Notes under the pieces: model-generated
The model's input: only the letters and a program-made list of their open reading frames with translations
Databases searched by the model: none
What the model was told of the DNA's origin: nothing
Assembly: GCA_951406725.2 (NCBI GenBank)
Contig: OX597829.1
Coordinates: forward strand, 36,704,001 to 36,768,000
Origin: Octopus vulgaris
Taxonomy: Eukaryota
Length of the DNA: 64,000 nt
Reading direction: 5' to 3'
Part shown: positions 26,766 to 39,375 of the stretch, one piece after another
Layout: every line of letters begins with the position of its first letter
How positions within the stretch are numbered: the stretch's first letter is position 1
Position numbers and translations under genes: made by a program

Positions 26766-26903
26766 ACTCTTACAGCTGCTTCTGCTTTGGGGTCTAGCAT
26801 GGTTGACACATCATACCAATATTATACAGAGATTGTACAAAGGTTGAACAAAAATTGGATAGACGTTGGACAATAAATGAACCCCAAAGCTTCATCAGAG
26901 AGT
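26766..26903 (-). ncRNA. Type I hammerhead fold with long stem II insert (A15.1 is G)
   Basis: ACTCT-CTGATGA-A-GCTTTGGGGT...ACCCCAAAGC-A-GAAG-CAGCTG-TA-AGAGT. Confidence 0.75.
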
Positions 26904-26935
26904 CCATAATAGTAAGAATTAAACAAGTAAAAAAG

Positions 26936-26995
<60 letters not shown>

Positions 26996-27149
26996 TTATA
27001 AATAGATGAGTGTATTTTACCTAGTTAACAATTAACACGGATAAATAAATAAATAGTTACCAGGGCAGCAAAAATCTCACAAGTAAAGATGTTGTAACTC
27101 CTTGTTTATAAAGGTTGAAACTTCGTGTTTACGTTGAATATTTTGAATA

Positions 27150-27371
27150 ATATGAATAAAAAATGGAGTTAACGCAGGTTTAAATAAGTATTTTTACTTT
27201 CTACATATGTTTCGAAAATTCCACTGATACTATTCAAAAGAATAAAAGGTATAAACAATGCAATCTTCTCTTCGGGAAAGTGAAAAAACGAAACTCGTCA
27301 ATACGACATTTTAGCAAAAATATGTAGAAAGTAAAAATACTTGTTTAAACCTGCGTTAACTCCATTTTTTA

Positions 27372-27380
<9 letters not shown>
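27150..27380. repeat. Inverted-repeat element (about 58 bp arms) enclosing a hammerhead
   Basis: TATGAATAAAAAATGGAGTTAACGCAGGTTTAAA..CTACATA mirrored at 27321-27378. Confidence 0.85.
27196..27281 (-). ncRNA. Type I hammerhead fold (U4 is C)
   Basis: ACTTTC-CCGAAGA-GAAGATT...AATTTTC-GAAA-CATATG-TA-GAAAGT; 6-bp stem I, 7-bp stem II. Confidence 0.78.
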
Positions 27381-27452
<72 letters not shown>

Positions 27453-28249
27453 TAATACACAAAAATCGAAGCGTAACGTGTGTTGTCTGTGTTCTACCGA
27501 ATCGAAGTTTTGATTTCTAACTGGAGTTATTTCACTTTAAGTGATGGTGTCTTTGAAAATATCTTCAATTTATTGACTTATATTTTTCTGCCGTTAAACT
27601 GTAATCACTATTTTTATGGTTGGTTAATTTATGGAATACAGTTTTACACAAGAGGTCCATTATACTAAAGAAGTTAGCACCATTGTTCATTAGTGTCTAG
27701 ATCACAGATTCCGACTGAAATTTTTTATATTTCAGCACCCGAAATTTTCCTATTCACCGCTTTTATGTAATAAAAATTATAAAATATATTTTCTAAACTT
27801 GGACGATGTTTAAACAAAGTGGTGTAGCTGCAGACAAAAGTTGGCGTAGCAAAGGACAAAATAATACGGTTAAGTTGTAGATAGCACAAGTCCAAATAAT
27901 GCAGTGAATTTTCGGTAGAGCCCAACAAAATAAGACAGTGAAGTTTCAATAGAACCCAACAGAATAAGGTAGTAAAGTTGTAGTTACAATAGCACAGGAC
28001 TAGATACATTGCTATATGTACTTACGTAAATCTGCGTTCAGAATTCAAATTTTGCTTTTCTTATTCGATGAAGTTAGTATCGAAATCATTAAAGCCTGGA
28101 ATAAAATTCCGTGCAATATCAGTTCCGACCATCTGTTCAGAAAACGATTTATAATCTATATATTAATACGCTAAGGCCGAAATGTGTCATGATGTCACAG
28201 GATTACTCGAAGAGAAAGACGAAGGGCAAGATAGAAAGAGGAGAGAAAA

Positions 28250-28640
28250 TCATCATCATCATTGTTCGACTGTGGTTGAGACAATGGAATTTACTATGCT
28301 ACGCCAGACTTCACGGTCCGTCATAGCATTACGGAGAACCTGTGGCTGGATGCCTGTATCCCTGGAGATTACATCAGGGTAGGAGAGTGTGCGCCCTCTG
28401 GTATCGCGAGCAGATGGCTTCCAGGGGAGAAGAGGAGAAATTACCTTGTTTTCAGCTCTGCAACAATGTCCAGCAAACTGGACTCTTCTACCTTTCATAA
28501 GAGATGATACAGGTGGTAATTTCCCATATATTTGTATTTTGGTTGGATGATGCTTCCACGAGAGATTTTGAGCTCTCAAAAGGAGGCGAGTGTAAGTTCC
28601 ATCCAACCGCCTCTCAAGCTTCTTTGATAACGTCCAGGTT
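28250..28640 (-). mobile_element. RTE-clade LINE 3' end with (TGA)n tail
   Basis: LDGTYTRLLLRAQNLSWKHH..RRVQFAGHCCR..AMTDREVWR. Confidence 0.85.
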
Positions 28641-31061
28641 TCTGAGGAGAGAAAAGGAAGGAGAGAGAAGTGTTAACGACGCGAAGTAAGAGGAATTTAA
28701 TAGTTATTACGTGGTTAAAAAGATAACTTAAGGGAGTGATATAGAGAGAGTTAAAATAGAATGTTTCGGAGAGGAGTGATGCTTGTGTAGGGGCAGTTAA
28801 AGAAAGGCTAATAGAGATGGGGGGAGAGAGAGTATTGACATTATTGCCAGCCGATGCAGTAAGCTCTCATTTGGTTAGTGAAGGTGAAGTGAAAAAGAAA
28901 CAGAGAAGTGATAACGACGTAAAGAGAGTAATGACATGATTAAAACGTTTGTTGAAGGAAGAGATAGAAAGAAAGAGTGAAATATAAAACGTTTAGCAGA
29001 GGGAAATTTTTTAAATCATATTTTAATATGACTGACAAGAAAATAACATTTTAATATTCAGTTTTTTTTTATATCTTCTAACTGTAGATCTATTTATCTA
29101 TCCATCCATATTAACAAACACATCGATGGTTGGATGGAAGAAGAAAGGCTTACATTTGATGTGATGATAAACTTATCATAGATAAAAAGATAAATTGTTC
29201 AATGAAACTGAAATAATAAGCAAAATAACCGTGGATGTTGTTTTTTTTTTTAATTTGTTATTCGAACTTTGTATTGACTGCAAGAAAAGTAGATACAAGC
29301 AACTGAACTGAAATGAAATAAAATAATCTTGGTTGGCAAACAATCTAGACAAAAAAAAACTATAATGATGGTGCTGGTGGTGCAAATGGTGGTTGTGGTG
29401 GCGGTGATGATGATGATGGTGGTGGTGGTGGTGGTGGTGGTGGTAGTGGTGATGGTAGTGGAGATGGCGTTGGTGAGTAGATAGTGAAAATGTAGATTTT
29501 TTTTAATTAAACTAAAACTTTTATATCGCGTTTCACTGAGCGCATGCGCATAAATGCAATTATTTATCGTTTGATCGCTTGGAAATTTATATTTGTTTAT
29601 AGAATATGGATGACAGACGATGTAAGCTAACAAGAGAAAGAATGAGACGATATAGGCAACGATGTAAGGAGAAGCAGTGGATCGATTCACTAGAACGAGC
29701 ACACGTGCATCAGCGTGTAGAAGAGAAAATTTGAATCAAAGAGTATAGAGTGAGTATTTACGATTGATAGGGGACCGTGTTCAAGATAAAATAGAAAATG
29801 AAAATCAGAGAGAACGTCGAAAAAAAACTGTAAACATATGGTGGAAAATTACAACATTGGTGATATGAATATTCTCTGTAATCAATGTGAAGTTCTTATA
29901 CTTCTAAATGAACTACTAAACTGCTGATAGAAAGGGAAAGTCATTATCCCTAAATTACAGCCTTATCCAGAAGAACTGAAAGATGTTTTTTAAGTGAAAA
30001 TAATGCTGAATATACAATTTATAACAGAACTCCAATTCTTATGGCTCTGTATAAACTTACTACCATCTAAAATTTGGTATTTATCGTGGAATTTCCATGG
30101 GTACTGCCAGTTTATAACTATTCCCCAAGATTCCGTGACTTCATACTTATATTAGAAAACATCATTATTATTACTGCCATCATTATCATAAATATTTTTG
30201 TTAAATGTTCATTCTTCTCCAGAATGAATGTTTTATTACTATTTCAAATTACATTTTATAACTATTTTATTACTATTTGAAATTACTTTTAGAACAACGA
30301 TCCCGTTACAAAAGTTTGAATGATCACACTTCCTGTTTTCTTTCGTTAAATATGCTTATGCAACGGATCCATATTAAACTTAAAATCTATAAAGAAAGTA
30401 AATTGCGACTTGCATTAAGAAAGCAAGACAATTTTATTTTGTTATACTGTAATATAGAGCATTTTCTGATTTAGGAACAAAGCCAGCAATATGGGAAAAG
30501 TCACTCGAAACAGCGACACAATTAATTGCCTGATACTTTGTTACATCAACATCGGAGAGATAAACTGGGAAGATGAAATAGACGGGATTTGAAATAAGAA
30601 AGTAGAAAACTGGAAATGCTGCAAGGTATTTTCTCCGACAGGCTAACAGTTTTGTCAGCTTACCACCCTTTACTATAATATAACATGAACAAAATTAATG
30701 AGCATGAATGAGAGTGCCGAGAAATTCGGCTTTGTAAAAAAGATTCTCCCATAGTCCGCTTGAATTGAGAATTAAGTGAAACAAATATTTTTTAGAAATA
30801 AGAAAATACGAAATATTCAAAGAATTAATATATTCTCTAAAAAAGTGGAAAAAGAATATAAACAAAAAATAATTTCAAGGTAAGGTTTAGTCAGTTATAT
30901 ACCTCGCCCCAATACTTAACTATTATCAATTTTATCGAAACCGGGGAGATGAATGACAAATTTGATGTTAGTGGTATTTGAACTCAGAATGCAGAGCGCC
31001 AGAACAGTTACTGTACAGTATTCTTAAAGACGTTTAAATAATTCAAACATTTACCGCTGGT

Positions 31062-31141
<80 letters not shown>

Positions 31142-31409
31142 CAGTGACAAACAGCGAGAACGAATAGTTTGAGATTTGTGGATTTGTCCATAATCTAAGT
31201 TTGCATGCGTTCCAAGCAATTTCCAAATGCTCCACATTTAAAATGGTGGTAAAATCCATTCTCATTTTTTATTTGGCTACGAGGAATTCACGAGACAACA
31301 AATGTTGTTAGATGGTATAAAATACCATCAAAGAATACACAGCTAACGGGAGGTAATTATCCAGAGACTTGGCAGTAGTAACGATGGTATATAAATCCCT
31401 GCACAATCA

Positions 31410-31643
31410 AGGCGGCGAGCTGGCAGAAATGTTAGCATGCCAGGCGAAATGCGTAGCCGTATTTTGTCTGCCGTTACGTTCTGAGTTTAAATTCCGCCTA
31501 GGTCGACTTTGCCTTTCATCCTTTCGGGGTAGATAAATTAAGTACCAGTTACGCACTGGAGTCGATATAATTGACTTAATCCGTTTGTCTGTCCTGGTTT
31601 GTCCCCTCTATGTTTAGCCCCTTGTGGGTAATAAAGAAATAGG
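31410..31643 (+). mobile_element. SINE family B
   Basis: AGGCGGCGAGCTGGCAGAAA..GTCGACTTTGCCTTTCATCC..AAAGAAATAGG; approximate TSD GGTATAYAAATCC. Confidence 0.9.
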
Positions 31644-33956
31644 TATACAAATCCATGCCTTCCTTTTCTGCAATTAATAGATGGTATTAATAATAGCAGC
31701 AGAGATATACTGTAAGAAACCTTGGTTTTGCGAAAATCCCCAATGTTTTCCACCTTATCTCACTCTACGAAAAGTGCGAACGTTTAGAAAAGGCGAAGAA
31801 ACACATCAACAGACTAGAACAGAGAATAGTTGCTCATATTATGCCACAACACCTTTCAGACCAAGCAAAAAGGAAAACAAATCTTTATAAATGCTTATTG
31901 AGAAAAAGACATATATTTGAGTGCATACCATCAAACCTGGCTGAACTCTCCTTTCCCATGGTCCTCCTCTCATATCTGCTATTATTTTCAATGCCTTCAT
32001 ATTTACCATTATACCCTACCTACAATAACCACCCACATGATGTACCTCTACATCTCCCTCGCCACTGCTCTTACACCCTGCACATCATGCCCCTACTTTC
32101 TGATTTATTTTCTTTTGAGTCATTTCTATCTTTTTCACTTTACCGCCTCCTCCACCTCATACTACTATTTTTTCATTAACCACATCTCCATCCTTGTTCA
32201 TTACTTATTGCATTCAACTTACGCCCGTCTCTAATCATCTATTAATCTCCTCTCACCTTCTAAAGAAACCACTCTGTCTCCCGATCGACTGTCTATATCC
32301 TCTCTTTTACTCACCGGCAAGGGTTATCCACACCCATCTACCGTATTTTGTACTCATTATATGTCCGTAATATTGTGCAAAAAAGAAATTGTAAAATCAA
32401 GAACGGATATTCATGAAAATATATCTGACTGTTGGTTTTTGGTATTTCTAATACCCATGTACCCATGTACCCAGGCGCGAGCCTGTGGAGGACGTCTAAA
32501 GAACAATCTCAGCTTACATCCTCCCCTCACCCAAGATCTTAAAAACCAGGCATACTTTCTATATGCGTGGCCCACAGAACATTCATCAAGCTTCACATTA
32601 ATCAAGAACTTTCCGTTCGAGAAATTATAAAAACTTTTCATTTTTTTTTTAACAGTTGTGTCACCTTCTTTCCCTTTTCTCGATAAAACGTTGGGCAACG
32701 AGACATGATTCGTCCACCCCTTTTTCCTATACCCCTTCCTTTTTTCTATAACGATAATAATTATCAGAATTTTGCTGTTGTTGATCGTGATGTCGTTGCT
32801 TTTTATTTCCAACACTTCTTTTTATGTGTCTTTTATTGAAAGTGTGATTTTAAGTACGAAGCTCTGTCTCTAAAGTTGATTAATAATTTGGTTATGTGTT
32901 TGTGTGCATCAGTACTAGCACCTCTGTGACGAGCAACTCTTCCTGGCTGTTCTTAGGCAGCCATTTTACAACATCTAAATATTGCAAATATCAAAATTGT
33001 CTAACGGCTCTTAAAATGGTCAAATTTCAGCTTTCCTCTAGTACAAGTAACGGGGCAGACGTTATTACTTTCCAAAGCGGGATAAAAGAAATAAAAGGAA
33101 ACACTTTTCGTGAGATAATACTGAAAGAAAATATCTAAAAAGAGCTCTGTAAAAACGTTACTATTCAGAGCAGACAACGACAATACTGACGACGATGACG
33201 ACGACTACGTAAACAACAATAACAATAGTAATAATAATATTTTTCTTTGATGACATGAGTGATAAAATTTAAAATAAATTAATTCTTAAAAGAACAACGA
33301 ATTAAATCAAAATATGTGACAAGATCAAGAAGATATTTGACAAGAGAGCTAAGCTTCACAAGAAGTCTTAAAATAAAGAGAACATGAAATTTGATTAACA
33401 AAATGAAATCTAATATTTTCTTTTATTTAGAACCTAAGTCTTTGCAAATTAAAAATGTAATATACGAAAACCTCTTTAAGGAAACAGCAAAAATGAAACA
33501 AACAATAAAAAAAAGTGTTTAAGATATTCTTTTTTGGAAGTTTAATTTTATAAAATATTGTAAAATAACCAAAAAAAGCCAGCAGTAAGTAAATATGATC
33601 TCAACAACAATAATCTTTAAATAAATAAACGGTTGATCTTTGTGCAATACAGAAAGAATATTATGAAAATACTTTCAGTTTATACATTCGACGCTCTCAA
33701 AAAAAAAATCAAAACTGTTCCATGAAGGAAAAGTTAAAGAAAAGAGAAGCATACAAGTTCAGACAGCAATACATAAAAAAAAATATCACAAAACTTATTT
33801 TTGAAGATTTAAATTAATAAATTAATAATAAATAACAGAAATCAAGACACCAGATTTATATCACGATCGTTGTAAATCTCACTACAATGGGAAAATTTAT
33901 TTAATCAGTGTGTTGCTAATATGATATATTTCAGTGAATTTGGAGAGTAAATAACT

Positions 33957-34106
<150 letters not shown>

Positions 34107-34277
34107 ATTTATTATAATTTCATTAAGTAATATGCTACAACTTAAAACTCATAAAAGTGTTTAAAATAGCATAAAAGCCAAGAGTTCAGAACGATTTCCT
34201 TGGTCATGTCTATCTGTATATCTATGCATCTATTTGTATACTCATACTTGTCTACTTGTGTATTCTCATGCTCACAC

Positions 34278-34308
<31 letters not shown>

Positions 34309-34636
34309 ACTCTCTCTCTCTCATTTTATGTGTATGTGTAAACATATATATATAATCGCACACATTTACACATGTACACTTATATGCATGCCTATGTATA
34401 TACCAATCTTTGTGTGTGTATATATATATATACATATATATACTAACACATACATATTTAATCACCTAGACGCAAATAATGTATGTATGTATATATATAT
34501 GCACACACAAGGAAAGTATGTATACATATAGATATATACATATATATATATCTATCGGTGAAGGTGTGTCAGTGATTATATATTTATACTAACACATATA
34601 TTTAATCATTTAGGCACATGTATCTGTGTGTGTATA

Positions 34637-36163
34637 TATGAGACCAATAGTGGCAGGACCCCAGGCACCAACACAACAACTAAGCCACTTCATAGATATA
34701 CTCCTCAAACCTTTATGCCCACAGATACCAAGCTACATAAGGGATGACATAGACTTCCTCACACACATCCCAAATACAGTCCCGAAAAACACCATACTTG
34801 CAAGCTTTGATGTCACAAATCTATACACAAACATACCACACACCCTAGGTCTAGAAGCTATAAAACAATCGATAGAAAAATACAGAGAACTTATAGACGA
34901 ACTCTTCAAGACAAACTTTATCACCCAAGCCACCCAACTAATACTCGAAAATACATTCTCATTCAACAAGACATACCGACAGATAAAAGGCACGGCTATG
35001 GATACAAAATTCGCACCTTCATATGCCAACCTGGTGATGGGTTTCCTGGAGAACAAACTATACGATGAATTAGGGAAAGTCTTCGAACATGACTTCAGAG
35101 AAGACATCAAGAATAAGTGGAAACGCTACCTCGATGACTGCTTCATCTTTTGGAACAGATCAGAAAACCTACGAACATTCCACAACATCCTCAATACGCT
35201 GCACCCATCTATCAACTTCACAATGGATACCAGCCACAACGAACTTCCCTTCCTAGACATCAACATCAAAATACACAACTCCATCTGACACAAAAAAACT
35301 GACACACACCAATATTTAAATTTCCATTCCTGCCACCCATCCCACACAAAAAGAAACATCCCATATAGTATGGCAAGACAAATATGTAGCATAGTAACTG
35401 ATTCACAAATACGACTAATAAGACTAGATGAACTCAAAAACTTCCTCCTAGAGCAAAAATACCCCCTCAAACTAATAGAAAATGGAATCACAAGAGCATT
35501 AAAACTAGACATCGCACAACTCAGGACACCCAAAACAAAAAACAAAGAAAACATTATCCCTTTTATAAACACGCACAACCCTGGAGTTACCAACATCTTC
35601 CAAACCATACATTCAAACCTACCAATAGCCTTACAAAGCCCCAAAATGAAAAACATATTAAGCAAATATAGCATAAAAACAGTAGACGACAGGACAAAAA
35701 CCTAAAGAAACACCTAACAAGAGCGAAATTCTCTTCAGAAACTAAAACGGAATTCTTTGCAAAAGAGTGCGGAGATGGTAGATGTAGGATCTGCAGCAAC
35801 CCCACCTACAAATACATAAAGGGAAACAGAGAGATGAGATTTAAAAGTGGTTACATATTCAAAGTAAATGCAGATATGAACTGCAAGACGCAGAACGTTA
35901 TATACTGCATAACCTGCCCCACGTGCAAGGAGAATTACGTAGGTGAAACTGGTAATTCTTTGAGCCAGCGAACCAGGATTCACCGACAACATATTCGGCA
36001 GGAAGAACTACGCAAAATACCACTAAGTACACACCTAGCTACGTGTGGAGAAGGAAAATTTAAGATATTTCCCTTCTACAAATATCCGAAGAACGACACC
36101 TCTTTCAGGAGGAATATGGAAAAATATTTCATAGCTAAGTTCTCCCCCAAATTAAATGGCTGA
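34637..36163 (+). mobile_element. Penelope-like element, 5'-truncated RT + GIY-YIG ORF with few frameshifts
   Basis: RPIVAGP, SFDVTNLYTNIP, KGTAMDTKFAPSYANL, WKRYLDDCF, LPFLDI, CHPSHTKRNIPY, NVIYCITCPTCKENYVGET. Confidence 0.95.
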
Positions 36164-36179
36164 AATTTTACTCATCGTA

Positions 36180-36258
36180 CACTGAAGGACAAATCTTTCG
36201 ATTTACAATATAATATAGTAGAACATTTAATATGTGTGTGTATATATATATGTGTGTG

Positions 36259-36341
<83 letters not shown>

Positions 36342-37140
36342 GTGTGTGTATTACTTGTTATATACATTATATTATTTTTGTAATTTACTTGATCTTTACT
36401 TGCCAATTGTCATTCTAATTTTAACCTTCCTATGATATGCAATTTTCAAGATGGTGTAATTTGATTGTTCATTTTGAATCGATAGGTGTTTTTTTTCTAA
36501 TATTTCATGTATAAGCATGTATATATAAAAAAAAAAGACTCCGCCGGTTACGACGACGAGGGTCCCAGCTGATACGATCAACGGAACAGCTTGCTCGTGA
36601 AATTAACGTGCAAATGGCTGAGCATTCCACAGACACGTGTACCCTTAACGTAGTTCTCGGGGATAATCAGCGTGACACAGAGAGTGACAAGGCTGACCCT
36701 TTGAAATACAAGTACAACTCATTTTTGCCAGCTGAGTGGACTGGAGCAACGTGAAATAAAGTGTCTTGCTCAAGGACACAACGCGTCGCCGGGAATCGAA
36801 CTCACAACCTTACGATCATGAGCCGAATGCCCTAACCACTAAGCCACGCGCCCTCACACGCATGTATATATATAGTGACATTGAAGGACACATCTTTCGA
36901 TTTACAATCTAATATAGAACATTTAGTATATGTGTGTATATGTATATATATATGTGTGTGTATATATATATATTGCCTGTTATATACATTATATTATTTT
37001 TATAATTTACTTCATCTTTACTTTTTAATTGTCACTTTAATTTTAACTTTCCTATGATATACAATTTTCAAGATGGTGTAATTTAGTTGTTCATTTTGAA
37101 CCGATAAAAGGTTTTTTTTCAAATATTTCATGTATATGCG
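36180..37140 (+). repeat. Tandem pLTR-like 3' repeats of the Penelope element (about 36180-36525 and 36880-37140), split by a SINE
   Basis: TGAAGGACA.ATCTTTCGATTTACAAT..TTCAAGATGGTGTAATTT..TATTTCATGTATA present twice. Confidence 0.75.
36537..36853 (-). mobile_element. tRNA-derived CORE-type SINE sharing its 3' tail with the SINE at 13229
   Basis: Head GGCGCGTGGCTTAGTGGTTAG..GTTCGATTCCC, CORE-like GTGTCCTTGAGCAAGACAC, tail ..GTTCCGTTGAT..CCCTCGTCGTCGTAACC. Confidence 0.9.
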
Positions 37141-37262
37141 TGTATATATATATATATATATAGTGGTATAAATATCAACACAACTTTTTCCCCTTCCTCC
37201 CTTCTTTTTCTTTTTCTTTTTTTGTTTCTCTTCCCTTCCCCAAACACACAGACACACGCACA

Positions 37263-37327
<65 letters not shown>

Positions 37328-37785
37328 CCACAAAACGATCATAAAAAGTGGAAAGAATTCTTAAACCCAAAAAGGCATTTGACCATTCTCACAATGATAA
37401 AAGGAAATATAATTTATGGCCTGCCTCCCGGCCACCACACACTCAGTGACACTGTGAAGTGGTCAAAGCTGAAATTCTTAGAACCCCCTTGGAGTCAATA
37501 TTCTGTCCAGCAGACCAAAAAGAATTCTTTCCTTCTTCTTCCCTCTCCCTTCCCCTCTTTCTCTTTAGCACTCACCTCAGATACAAACACACACACACAC
37601 ACACACACATACACATACACACATGTTCTCTCTCTCACTTTCTCCTCATCCATCTCATCCTCTTGTACTGTCTTATATTCCTCCCCACCACTACGGAACT
37701 CTATAAAATGATTAAAATTCCCCACAAAGGAACTTAGTTTGATTTGAAAACCCCACTAGAATGGGAGAAAGCGCTAATGATCTAA

Positions 37786-38210
37786 GCCTGTCCGAGATTC
37801 GTCCAGAACGATGAAACCATTCTGCACGCCCTAGTCCTGTGCCCGAGTATTGCTGACCTGTGGGTTTATGTCGAATATCTGCTGTCGCATGTAGGATGAA
37901 TCCGGCTATTAGCTGAATCCGTTGTGAAAATTGCCCCGCCGCCCTCTTTTGGCCGCGAGGGGAAGGCAATTTTATTTATCTGGTGGCTGTAGAGAAATAG
38001 GTAGTATGGTGGACCCGTTTGAAAGGGCTAAAGACAGACACTTTCCTCATTGGCCAAGCCCTCATCAACTTTTTCAAGTTTCACTTGAAAAGGAAGTTGA
38101 GGGTGGAAAGGGAAGTGTTGCTTTGTAGCAAGTTTGTTGAAAGGTGGGTGAATGTTGGTAGAATGGCCAGTGTGAAAGGACCAATTCTGAGCGTGCACCT
38201 GTAACCAAAA
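37786..38210 (+). mobile_element. Tx1/L1-type LINE C-terminal (zinc-knuckle region) fragment
   Basis: ACPRFVQNDETILHALVLCPSIADLWVYVEYLL...KFVERW. Confidence 0.7.
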
Positions 38211-38462
38211 GGAGAAGGGCTCTTGCTCTGTTGTTCAGGCACCCATGGCTTTTTGGGGGTTTTCCACGAGGTCCTTAAAGCACTTCTCTTATTGGAAGTT
38301 TTAAATTGTTTAATTTTTAATTGTTATTATATTGTTTACACATTGTAAAACCCATTGTATTATCCTGTTTTATGTCTTTTATGTTGTTGTATGTCTCTTA
38401 ATAACATGGCTAATAAACGAATTAATTTATTATTATTATTATCATTATTATTATTATTATTA

Positions 38463-38538
<76 letters not shown>

Positions 38539-38574
38539 CATCATCATCATTATTATTATTTACTTTTAATCTGT

Positions 38575-38910
38575 TCTGGGTATAACTCTAAACTACATCT
38601 GGTAGTAGGACTCTGGGGCCCTGGTTTCAGGATTTGAGGAGTGTGGAACCACCTCTTAGTCACTATTGTTCTCAGGTCTACTCTGGCCCGGAGTGAAAGC
38701 ACCTGTAAGGGACCCAGCTACGGGTTAACTGTTAAACCCCGCTATGAATGGAGGAACCGATAGAATGTAGGCGCCGTGTTCCCTGCATGGCGTACGAAGC
38801 GACTAAAAGGAGCGGCAGCGAAGGGACTGGGAATCCACTCCTCTTAGTAATTCTGTTTCCTAAAAAGACGAGAAAAGGCAAGGGGGGTGGAGAAGGTTAG
38901 CACCAAACCC
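38575..38910 (+). mobile_element. Probable LINE 5'UTR or SINE-like fragment
   Basis: GC-richer block with CCCTGCATGGCGTACGAAGCGACTAAAAG, similar to a motif recurring in invertebrate retroposons. Confidence 0.35.
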
Positions 38911-38916
38911 CACATG

Positions 38917-38957
<41 letters not shown>

Positions 38958-38967
<10 letters not shown>

Positions 38968-39174
38968 GGCATTATTATACATACATGCCACACGCTAAAA
39001 GGGACATTAGTCATTTCTACCAAAAATTTTTGGTAGAAATTTTTGGTAGAAATTTTTGGTAGAAATTTTTGGTAAAAATTTTTGGTAGAAATTTTTGGTA
39101 AAAATTTTTGGTAGAAATGACTAATGTCCCTTTTAGCGTGTGGCAAGTATGTATAATAATGCCCTCTATATATA
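38958..39174. repeat. Palindrome with centre amplified into 13-bp tandem repeats
   Basis: ATAGAGGGCATTATTATACATAC..CATTTCTACCAAAAA, then (TTTTTGGTARAAA)x7, then TGACTAATGTCCC..GCCCTCTAT. Confidence 0.9.
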
Positions 39175-39300
39175 AATTAATATGTTCAATAAGAAAGAAT
39201 TATTTTCGAAATTTTTCTCTTATGAGGTTTTTCACGCTATCTACCTGATAATTTCTTGTTAAGATTCCTTATTAAGAAGTTATCCTTAATTGTTAAATAA

Positions 39301-39375
<75 letters not shown>

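Noticed and set aside
32361-32815. Overlapping 89 and 134 aa ORFs
   Set aside because: No recognisable domain or splice structure.
39015-39120. Regular short repeats resembling a CRISPR array
   Set aside because: No spacers, eukaryotic context, no cas genes.
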